From the NCBI GenBank assembly GCA_035529595.1, contig DATKWK010000017.1:250961-314960 (forward strand): a stretch of DNA of 64,000 nucleotides, written 5' to 3'. The position numbers were made by a program, and so were the translations under genes. Positions within the stretch are counted from its first letter, which is position 1; each line of letters begins with the position of its first letter. This DNA comes from Candidatus Bathyarchaeia archaeon (lineage in GTDB: Bacteria > Patescibacteriota > Microgenomatia > PFEM01 > JAFGMK01). Below are positions 56,955 to 64,000 of the stretch, piece by piece. Under the pieces are notes generated by a model that was given only the letters and a program-made list of their open reading frames with translations, made no database searches and was not told the origin of the DNA.

Positions 56955-57401
56955 ATGAAACTGCCCAAAAAAACTTTAGGTTTTACTTTAATTGAGCTTT
57001 TGGTGGTTATTGGAGTAATTGCGATTTTGGCGGCAATTGTTCTGGTAGCCGTTAATCCGGCTCGAAATTTCGCCCAAGCCAGGAATACTCAAAGAAGAAA
57101 CGATATTTATCAGGTCTTAAACGCCTGCCATCAATTCGCGGTTTCCAATAACGGTAATTTCCCGACTTCGATCACATCTACTGCGACTGATATAGGAACA
57201 ACAGGTTTGAATTTGGCTGCCGCAGTCGATAGCAACGGTAATCCTTTTGTCCCGATGTACATTCCCTCCACCCCGTTTGATCCGACTACCGGTTATGATG
57301 TTGCAACAACCGGCTATGTCCTGTTTGAAGAAGCGGATGGAAGGTTGACAGCTAGCGCCAGCGGCGCAGAACTGAGTGAAACGATTACGATTACCCGGTA
57401 A
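56955..57401 (+). CDS. pilA: type IVa major pilin
   Basis: LG|FTLIELLVVIGVIAILAAIVLVAV is the canonical class III signal plus alpha1-N. 148 aa. Strong RBS (AAAGGGGGTGA). A TTGACA -35 at about 56876 lies upstream. Confidence 0.85.
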   Translation: MKLPKKTLGFTLIELLVVIGVIAILAAIVLVAVNPARNFAQARNTQRRNDIYQVLNACHQFAVSNNGNFPTSITSTATDIGTTGLNLAAAVDSNGNPFVPMYIPSTPFDPTTGYDVATTGYVLFEEADGRLTASASGAELSETITITR

Positions 57402-57423
57402 ATTCTTTAGGAGTTTATATAAA

Positions 57424-57460
57424 AAGACTGAAAGGTAAAGAACCTTTTGGTCTTTTTTAT
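57424..57460. terminator. bidirectional rho-independent terminator between convergent pilA and the ABC permease
   Basis: AAGACTGAAAGG-taaagaa-CCTTTTGGTCTT followed by TTTTT. An A-run precedes it, so the hairpin also works on the minus strand. Confidence 0.6.
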
Positions 57461-57491
57461 CCAAAGTTTTTTTAGTTGATATTCGGAAATC

Positions 57492-59147
57492 TTAAATTTG
57501 GTATTTGTTTATTCTTTTCGCTACTTGGTAAAAGATCGGCAAGATTATCAATAAGCTTACGGACCAAATAAAAAGCTGCCTTGCCGGACTGAATAAATCT
57601 TTTTGGTAAAAAAGAACCAGGCTGATTAGGCCGTTGTAGACCAGGCAGACGGTTGTTGCCAAGATCCCTCCCGGATTGGTTGAAAGTTTTTCCGGGTTCT
57701 TCTCCCAAAAGTTTGGCTTGATTGCTCCCATTCCCAGAGTTATTGCCGTGATTGTCAAACTGACTGGGAGGTTAATCAAGAATAACTGCCATTGAGAAAA
57801 AAATGCGATTTTAAATACCGCTGCGGCAAAAAAAGTCGAGGTTGTCAACCAAGCTAAGAGAAGCAAGAAAGAGGAGATGAATTTTTGCCAAAAAAGTTTT
57901 ATTCTTGGCAAGGGCGAGGACCAGACAATCCAGCTGCTTTGTCCCTCCAGGCTGATCATGGGAAAGAAAAAGCGCATTGCCAGAATCGAAGCCAGGTAGT
58001 TGGCAAAGAGAAGGTTCAAAGCCACCAGCTGGTTTTTATACCAGAAGGGGAATAAATACCCTATTCTATTAACTGGCAAGCGGGAAATAATCAGGAAGTA
58101 TAATATTTGTAAAAAAACGATAAACAGCAGCTGGAAAAATTGACCGGGTGAACGGAAAATCAGCAGCCAGTCTTTTTCCGTCAGAGCCCCCATCTTTCCT
58201 TTAAGGATGTAGGGAAATGAACGGTATTTCCCCGGCGTAATATCTTGCGGTCCGGCGATGAATCTTCCCTCCATAGTTTGACTGACGCTTCTGAGATAAA
58301 ATTTCTTTCTAAGCTGGCTGGTTAAAAAGGAAATCACTAAGATCGAGAAGGTTAGCCGAAAAAAACCGGCCAGCACCGGTGATAAATTTTTGTCCCAGTA
58401 AAAGATTACCTCTACCAGCCAGGTTGTGGGTAAATATTTTGCCATCAAGGTTTGGTGCCTAAGCAGCCAGGTAATCTGTTCGACGGTCAGGCTTTCCAAA
58501 TTATCAAGCAGCTGGTTTGGAAGCAGGAATTTAATCAACGCTCCGGCAATTAGGGGCAAGCTTATTAAGGCCGCTATTCTCAGAATTTTGCTCTTCTTGC
58601 CGATTCTGGCGAATTGGCTGATTAGCAGGCTGGAAACGATTCCTAAAAGGTTGGCAAATACAGTCAAGAATAAAAGGCCGGCTAAAAAAACAAAACTTGA
58701 AGTTAAACTCATTTTAAAAGCTTTACTGAATCCAAAAACTAGGGGAACGGCAAAAATAAAAATCGGCCAGCTGCTTAAAATGATGATATCAATTAATCGT
58801 GACTCGAAGATTATTGCTGTTTCGATCGGTAAACTGAAAAGCAGAATGTTATCTTCTCTCTGAAATAGACCGCCTAAACTGGCGACAATTGCGGAAACGA
58901 ATACTAGAAGAAAAGAAAGGATAAAAGTAACTGCCAAAGAATAGATAATAATCGGCTGGCTGGTTTCCGGATATTGGGCCAAAAATAAGAAACTATTGAG
59001 GCTGAATAAAAATACGGCTAACGATAGACCGGCGAAAATCAGCAAAGAACCAAAGATTACCGCTATTTGCGCCCAGTTGTTCTTTCTAAATAGCGACAGG
59101 AAGCGGTTGATTTTATCTGTCTGAAGGATAAAAAACTTTTTAAGCAT
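57492..59147 (-). CDS. large polytopic ABC exporter permease (putative)
   Basis: 551 aa with at least 12 hydrophobic helices. Overlaps the upstream ABC ATPase by 8 nt, so the two are translationally coupled. Confidence 0.55.
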   Translation of the reverse strand: MLKKFFILQTDKINRFLSLFRKNNWAQIAVIFGSLLIFAGLSLAVFLFSLNSFLFLAQYPETSQPIIIYSLAVTFILSFLLVFVSAIVASLGGLFQREDNILLFSLPIETAIIFESRLIDIIILSSWPIFIFAVPLVFGFSKAFKMSLTSSFVFLAGLLFLTVFANLLGIVSSLLISQFARIGKKSKILRIAALISLPLIAGALIKFLLPNQLLDNLESLTVEQITWLLRHQTLMAKYLPTTWLVEVIFYWDKNLSPVLAGFFRLTFSILVISFLTSQLRKKFYLRSVSQTMEGRFIAGPQDITPGKYRSFPYILKGKMGALTEKDWLLIFRSPGQFFQLLFIVFLQILYFLIISRLPVNRIGYLFPFWYKNQLVALNLLFANYLASILAMRFFFPMISLEGQSSWIVWSSPLPRIKLFWQKFISSFLLLLAWLTTSTFFAAAVFKIAFFSQWQLFLINLPVSLTITAITLGMGAIKPNFWEKNPEKLSTNPGGILATTVCLVYNGLISLVLFYQKDLFSPARQLFIWSVSLLIILPIFYQVAKRINKYQI

Positions 59148-59874
59148 CTTGTTTGGAGTTTACGGCGGTCAGTTTTAAAAAAAGTTCCTCTAAGTGCTGC
59201 CCTTTTTTCTTAACAATTTTTTCCAGTTGTCTGATTGTGCCTTCAAAAATAAGCCTTCCCTGGTCAATCACTCCAATTCGGTCACAAATTTTTTCAGCGA
59301 TGTCTAAGGTGTGAGTAGAGACAAAAATACTGCCTTTTTTTCGGGCAAATTCTTTGAAAAGGTCAATAGTAATTTGAACACTAAGCGGATCAAGGCCTAT
59401 CATCGGCTCATCAATGATAAGAATTTCAGGCTGGTGTAGAAAAGCGGCCAGAATGGTTAATTTTTGCTTATTGCCGCGGGAATAATCTTTAAAAGGGCCG
59501 TCAACCGTTTTCTCAAGCTTATAGACCAGCAGCAATTTTTTGATTTTCTCCTCAAGATTTTTGACTTCAAAAAGCCGGCCGACCAGATATAAAAATTCTC
59601 TGCCGGTTAGCTCCGGATAGACATAAGGATCATCAGGAATGTAGCCGATTAACTGTTTAGCTTTGACTGGGTCTTTTTCCAGGTCATAACCACCGATTTC
59701 TATTGTGCCTGAAGTCGGCATCAGAACACCGGTCAGCATTTTAATCGTGGTTGTCTTGCCGGCGCCGTTGGGGCCGATGAAGCCGAAGATCTCGCCTTTC
59801 TCAATCTGGAGACTTAAGTTATCAACTGCCAAAAACCGGTCAAATTTTTTGGTCAAATTTGAGATTTTAATCAT
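59140..59874 (-). CDS. ABC transporter ATP-binding protein
   Basis: Walker A GPNGAGKTTT, a signature variant YSRGNKQKL and Walker B ILIIDEPMIGLD. Confidence 0.9.
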   Translation of the reverse strand: MIKISNLTKKFDRFLAVDNLSLQIEKGEIFGFIGPNGAGKTTTIKMLTGVLMPTSGTIEIGGYDLEKDPVKAKQLIGYIPDDPYVYPELTGREFLYLVGRLFEVKNLEEKIKKLLLVYKLEKTVDGPFKDYSRGNKQKLTILAAFLHQPEILIIDEPMIGLDPLSVQITIDLFKEFARKKGSIFVSTHTLDIAEKICDRIGVIDQGRLIFEGTIRQLEKIVKKKGQHLEELFLKLTAVNSKQDA

Positions 59875-59915
59875 CTTTTGCCGTTATTGAGATTATTATC
59901 AGAAATGTGCCTAAA

Positions 59916-59951
59916 CACCTTCGAGGTGACCGAATGGGCTCCTCGAAGGTG
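59916..59951. promoter_or_regulatory. perfect 11-bp inverted repeat CACCTTCGAGG-N14-CCTCGAAGGTG in the divergent promoter region
   Basis: Located 42-77 nt upstream of the ABC ATPase start codon and upstream of the TTACAA-18-TATAAT promoter of the gene at 60058. Confidence 0.4.
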
Positions 59952-60057
59952 AATTAAAAGAAAAAAGCTAGTTTCTATCGGTATTATTTATACTTCAATA
60001 ATCTCAAAAATTAGCAAAAATTACAAGGAAACTGAGTTATTTGTTATAATTACACCA

Positions 60058-60954
60058 ATGGATAATGAACATGATCATCTCACGAGACAAGAGGCTGTTA
60101 CTCTTGCTGATGGACCGCTTTCCGAAACCATTGCCGGACCGGAATTGCCGGTAGTTGATCAGATCGTTTTTCTTTGGGCTGAATATCATGACCGATATCC
60201 GCCTTTTATGCCTTCCCCGGAAATTGCTTTTGATCCGGGTGGAGAAGAACGCCATCTGAGTTTATTGGTCAGGCGTGATCTTGAACCTAATACTGTTGCC
60301 CAGGAGGGATTTTATCCCACAGTAACTAGAGTTATTCAAGAGCAAAGCAGCTTTCTGCGTCGAAGAGATGAATTTCCAGCTGACGAAAAATCTCGTTTAG
60401 GTAGAATTTCAGATAGACATAGAACTATCAATTCCGGAATCAAGGTAATCTTTCAAAATCCTCACTATCAGCCGATCTTGGCTTTACCTGGATATTACTT
60501 TATGTTTGATAATATGAGACTTAGTATGTTTGATTTCCGTAATGGCCAAGTTGTCCCTGGTGAAATAGGAAAATATATCCAATATGCACCGGCTTACTTA
60601 GCTTTAGGCCACGATCCTGCCTATTTGGCTCTTAATCTTTGGCACGACGACCAAGCTGACGGTCGTCGTCAAGTAGTCCGCGCTTTCTATGACCAGTTTC
60701 CGCCCCAGTTGCAACAGTTTTATCGGGATATTTTTTGTCACAATCTTTTAAGAAAAGGAATCGAAGTTTCTTTGGATCAACTCAAGCAAGCAATCAATCT
60801 TTCCGAAAAAACACCTGCCGAGCGTCTGGAGCACCAGCAACGCTGTATTGCTACCCTCGGTTTACTGGAAACAGCTTTATCCTTACCGGCAACAGTTGCC
60901 GCTTTAGCTGATTCAATCGGCCGTCCGTTTGTTGCTCTTGCTTCTTCTTCATAA
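60058..60954 (+). CDS. hypothetical protein (GC-richer composition, no recognisable family)
   Basis: 298 aa. Internal short repeat YAPAYLALGHDPAYLALNLWHDD. A leaderless-like start directly after a TATAAT at 60041-60046. Confidence 0.5.
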   Translation: MDNEHDHLTRQEAVTLADGPLSETIAGPELPVVDQIVFLWAEYHDRYPPFMPSPEIAFDPGGEERHLSLLVRRDLEPNTVAQEGFYPTVTRVIQEQSSFLRRRDEFPADEKSRLGRISDRHRTINSGIKVIFQNPHYQPILALPGYYFMFDNMRLSMFDFRNGQVVPGEIGKYIQYAPAYLALGHDPAYLALNLWHDDQADGRRQVVRAFYDQFPPQLQQFYRDIFCHNLLRKGIEVSLDQLKQAINLSEKTPAERLEHQQRCIATLGLLETALSLPATVAALADSIGRPFVALASSS

Positions 60955-60985
60955 GAAAACTTCTACTTTATGATAGACTGGAATC

Positions 60986-62068
60986 ATGCTTGGCCAACGG
61001 AATTACCTGAAAAATCTGAACTTTATCAAAAAACTTGCCAAAAAAAAGAACTGGCAAATAGATTTTAAGCTGGTTGGGCAGAAATTGAGAAAAGATCGCC
61101 CCCATTTTCTGGATTTCCCTTTGGTTGATGATTCAGGCAAAACATTGTTTTTTAAAACCTGCATATTCGGCCGGCAGGATCTCTGTCCGGGATTGCGAAA
61201 TGAATTTGCAATTCAAGAGTGGCTTGAATCAATCGGCGGTCCGGTAGGTAAAATCTATGATTACGCTGGTAAAGGTGACCTTTTTTGGTATGTCCGGGAG
61301 TATTTTCCCCAGGACGAGGGGGTTATCTGTCAGGAAGAGGATGTGTCACCTCTTAATGTCAGTAATATAACCCAACTTGCCGGCTGGCTTAAATTTCTCT
61401 GGCAGATAAAAAAATCCCAGATCCCGGCGGATCTATTTAACCGGCTCCTGTTAACACCCAAGAACTACCGGACTTTCAAACAGTTTGAAGAAAAAGTTAT
61501 CGAATATTTATCCATGCTTGATCAAGCTTTTAAAATCAAGAATTTAATTTGGCAAGAAAAAGATCGAGACAAAGTTCTTGTTTTTATCAGGCAAGTAAAA
61601 TCCGAAATTGTCGCTGTTGAAAACGGGGAGGGTATTGTTGTCCACGGTGACTTATCGCCCAATAATATCTATTTTGGAAAAAAAGTAATTATCTTTGACT
61701 GGGAGTGGATCTGTTATTGCGACAACCTGTTATTGGGTTTGGGAATTGATGTGGCTAATTTTTATACCCGCTCTTGGCAAAGACTTAAGTTGGGAAAAAA
61801 GTTTCTCGAGGAAGTGAAAAAACAAAACTTATTTAATAAGAGTATCTTTAATCAGGCCTTGCGGATTGGCATGGTCTTTTCGGTCTTACAAAAACTCGGT
61901 CCCATATTCAGGCACGGTTTTTATGAAAGTGAATACGACCAGCGCCACTTCAATGTCTTGGTTAAAATTATGAGGGAATACATTTCTGAGGTGTCAGGGT
62001 TTTACACCTTGGAGGCAGCTGGTGTTCTGGTTGTGCGGCAGAGGTCGGAAAAACAAGATTTCTCTTGA
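60986..62068 (+). CDS. aminoglycoside-phosphotransferase (APH)/choline-kinase-like protein kinase-fold enzyme
   Basis: Brenner motif VVHGDLSPNNIYF and a downstream IIFDWEW (D-x-E). 360 aa. Confidence 0.68.
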   Translation: MLGQRNYLKNLNFIKKLAKKKNWQIDFKLVGQKLRKDRPHFLDFPLVDDSGKTLFFKTCIFGRQDLCPGLRNEFAIQEWLESIGGPVGKIYDYAGKGDLFWYVREYFPQDEGVICQEEDVSPLNVSNITQLAGWLKFLWQIKKSQIPADLFNRLLLTPKNYRTFKQFEEKVIEYLSMLDQAFKIKNLIWQEKDRDKVLVFIRQVKSEIVAVENGEGIVVHGDLSPNNIYFGKKVIIFDWEWICYCDNLLLGLGIDVANFYTRSWQRLKLGKKFLEEVKKQNLFNKSIFNQALRIGMVFSVLQKLGPIFRHGFYESEYDQRHFNVLVKIMREYISEVSGFYTLEAAGVLVVRQRSEKQDFS

Positions 62069-62193
62069 GGTAAAGATTAGATTAATTGGAACATATACAT
62101 TAGAGTCCTCCATACCCTGAAAGAAATCAGAACTCTTTTCCGCGAAAATCCCGACGCTGAATTTCGTGCTAACTTCGTTGGCGCGCCGCCTCG

Positions 62194-62985
62194 TTAGTTT
62201 TTGTTTAAGATTTCTTCAGCTTTCCGTCTTCCGGTTGACCGCAATAATAGATTGTCATTCCCATCAATATCAAGATAGGACGATAATCTTCCGAGTTTAA
62301 TTGCTGATTGTTTAAAATTGTGTCGTTTCAAACTCTTTATAAGATTATCTTTACTAATTCTTTTCGGATATTTTTTGTATAAAATAAGCAAGCTACACTC
62401 TGGAACACTTTTAAATTTTTTATTATCTACATAAATTCGCCCATCAATTTCTTCAAAAATTGGGTATTTGCGTTCAATCAAAGAGTCAATAATTTTTTTT
62501 GTTTCCTCAATACTTATTAGATTTTTAGCCGAAAATCTAAAAAGCTCTGCTAATATCCAAGAACACATCGGTAAAACAGTGGAACAATCCATCTCGTTAG
62601 CGTCTACCTCGTCGGAATCATGCCTGCCTCCGCGATTTGAAGTAATATCGTAAACAAAAATACTTGCACGAGGTATTTGAAGCCGAATACCATCGTCTGC
62701 GATGGTTGTAGTATTAACTTGATCTATAATTTTTTGAGCGAACGATGTAGCTTTAAATTCTTTTTGTTTTGTGGGTAAAGAGTTGCCGGCAAAAACCCAC
62801 AATAATTTTATAGTTGCTTCAATAAATTTACCGGCTTTGGTTAATGAAGTTTCCCAGTCGCCTTCTTCAAATTTTTGTACACATAAAATATAATGACTAA
62901 CAATTGAATTAACTCTTTTAGCTTCAAATTTTTGTCCCAACAGGTTTTTTATTTGGCCTTCTGCTTTCATAACACATTTTTCCAT
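62194..62985 (-). CDS. hypothetical protein (N-terminal helical domain with an SNRGGRHDSDE motif; C-terminal putative winged helix)
   Basis: 263 aa with AT-rich codons. The C-terminus SVPECSLLILYKKYPKRISKDNLIKSLK...LLLRSTGRRKAEEIL looks like a wHTH. First gene of the AT-rich island. Confidence 0.5.
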   Translation of the reverse strand: MEKCVMKAEGQIKNLLGQKFEAKRVNSIVSHYILCVQKFEEGDWETSLTKAGKFIEATIKLLWVFAGNSLPTKQKEFKATSFAQKIIDQVNTTTIADDGIRLQIPRASIFVYDITSNRGGRHDSDEVDANEMDCSTVLPMCSWILAELFRFSAKNLISIEETKKIIDSLIERKYPIFEEIDGRIYVDNKKFKSVPECSLLILYKKYPKRISKDNLIKSLKRHNFKQSAIKLGRLSSYLDIDGNDNLLLRSTGRRKAEEILNKN

Positions 62986-63365
62986 TCATTTGTAAGATTA
63001 TATTTTCCATATTCTTTTGAATTAATCCAACCACGGGTTTTTGCGTCATTCGGATAAAACATATTAAATTTGCCAAGTAGGGTTTTTGCAGTCATTTTAT
63101 TCCAACACTTCTTTAGTTCGCTTAGCTCGATATTTTTGCTTTTATCTCCCTTAGAAAGATAAGCGAGTAGTAAAGTGAACCTTTTAGGGCCACTTTTATC
63201 TATAGTATATCTTTTAACAAAAGCTCGCTCATTAAGAGAAAAGTCCACATTAGTTCCCGGCAGTTTCTTGGAGGGTGTTTTGCTTGTTTTTGTATCAGGG
63301 CCAAATACTGCTTTTTCAAGCTTTTCAATTCTGGCTATAATTTGAGTTAAATTATTATCTGTCAC
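62967..63365 (-). CDS. hypothetical small protein, paralog A
   Basis: 132 aa. Shares architecture with the next gene: an N-terminal helix (IIARIEKLEKAVF), a Lys/Thr/Ser-rich linker, a domain with RFTLLLAYLSKGDK, and a C-terminal NEWKNVL. Confidence 0.45.
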   Translation of the reverse strand: MTDNNLTQIIARIEKLEKAVFGPDTKTSKTPSKKLPGTNVDFSLNERAFVKRYTIDKSGPKRFTLLLAYLSKGDKSKNIELSELKKCWNKMTAKTLLGKFNMFYPNDAKTRGWINSKEYGKYNLTNEWKNVL

Positions 63366-63377
63366 TTTTTTATTTAA

Positions 63378-63719
63378 TTATTTTCTTAATACATATTCCC
63401 AATTTTTTGTATCCTTATTTTTAAGTCGGTTAAATACTCGTCTTTTTGTTAAATTTAATAAATTCATAGAGATGGATGTTTGTGGGTAGTATCTTCCAAT
63501 TTCTTTTAATTTCTCCATAATAGAGGCGATGTTTTGGGGTTTATCGAAAAAACCATCCTCAGTTAACAAAGTCAGCGCTCCTATTGCACCCTTTGGAACA
63601 GAAGTTCCATCTCTTTTCTTGGCCGACTGTTTTTTAGCAGGCGTTACTCCAGATAATACCGCAAGTTCATCTACTAAATTTTTAATTTGTTCTGCGATTT
63701 TTTGTGCGTTTCTTTCCAT
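63378..63719 (-). CDS. hypothetical small protein, paralog B
   Basis: 113 aa. N-terminal helix (IAEQIKNLVDELAVL), Lys-rich linker, GALTLLTEDGFFDK, and a C-terminal KNWEYVL. Confidence 0.45.
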   Translation of the reverse strand: MERNAQKIAEQIKNLVDELAVLSGVTPAKKQSAKKRDGTSVPKGAIGALTLLTEDGFFDKPQNIASIMEKLKEIGRYYPQTSISMNLLNLTKRRVFNRLKNKDTKNWEYVLRK

Positions 63720-64000
63720 AGATTTATAAGTTAATATTATTTATTATTATAATAATATACTTACCATTTTTTATTGTCAAGTTTAAATGTGAGTAAATTA
63801 ATGAAGTAAAGTTAACAATTAATGGTACAACTAATAGTTTATTAGTAAATTACTAATACTAAGTAAATGTTTTGTTGTCATAAAACTCTTATTTTAAGAG
63901 TAAAAGTTAACTTTTAGTCGACTATTTTAATAATTATATTTATTTATTAGAAAATAAATATAATATACTACACCCAATGTCGTTTTCTCCTCGCATATCG

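Noticed and set aside
62194-62985. HEPN nuclease call for the 263-aa island protein based on RGGRHD
   Set aside because: The R-to-H spacing is Rx3H, not the canonical Rx4-6H. The call cannot be supported without profile or structure evidence.
1-64000. CRISPR arrays, rRNA genes, transposases or integrases
   Set aside because: No regularly spaced direct repeats and no IS-like inverted-repeat-bounded ORFs were seen on either strand. The only integrative-looking signal is the compositional island at the 3' end.

Overview
This 64-kb window comes from a compact, low-GC bacterial genome (about 38-42% GC by eye) with frequent 4-nt gene overlaps. The gene content points to a Candidate Phyla Radiation (Patescibacteria)-like organism, but that lineage call is an inference. 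Supporting features are Lys-rich extensions on ribosomal proteins L17 and S9, a bacterial ELP3 homolog, a reduced RNase P RNA, an [FeFe] hydrogenase, RNase J plus RNase Y, and a type IV pilus locus.

Layout from 5' to 3':
(1) 1-7690: the 3' part of the spc/alpha ribosomal operon (S5 fragment, L15, SecY, Adk, Map, IF-1, L36, S13, S11, S4, RpoA, L17, L13, S9).
(2) 7.7-19.6 kb: mixed housekeeping and accessory genes. These include a secreted hypothetical protein, ELP3, superoxide reductase, a winged-helix/NUDIX fusion, MurB, an [FeFe] hydrogenase, a membrane-fused spermidine-synthase-like protein and UppP.
(3) 19657-19730, minus strand: a tRNA-Pro(GGG)-like gene that is invisible to the ORF track.
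(4) 19.9-23.7 kb: recA, recX, rny and hup.
(5) 23.8-29.6 kb: an ABC-2 transporter locus with three tandem permease pairs and one ATPase.
(6) 30.5-36.5 kb: an accessory stretch of small enzymes (GT87-like glycosyltransferase, CYTH, HD, RBBP9-like hydrolase, Trbp111, NUDIX, methyltransferase). Each has its own promoter. Two of them carry paralogous copies of a conserved promoter+leader element about 100 nt long, and the spacers between them are GC-rich and structured.
(7) 36.6-41.7 kb: MiaB-like, RNase J, MiaA and an AI-2E transporter.
(8) about 41667-41995, minus strand: RNase P RNA.
(9) 42.0-48.8 kb: a dense two-component cluster. It holds a free-standing HisKA/DHp mini-protein, three receiver-only response regulators, two membrane histidine kinases and a compositionally foreign GC-rich methyltransferase.
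(10) 48.8-57.4 kb: a type IV pilus locus (PilB, PilC, pseudopilins, a PilM-PilN fusion, a PilO-like protein, and the major pilin).
(11) 57.5-59.9 kb: an ABC exporter.
(12) 60.0-62.1 kb: a GC-rich hypothetical protein and an APH-like kinase.
(13) 62.1-64.0 kb: a sharply AT-rich island with three uncharacterised co-oriented genes, two of them tandem paralogs. This island is my best candidate for an undescribed module.

No CRISPR array, rRNA or obvious transposase was seen.
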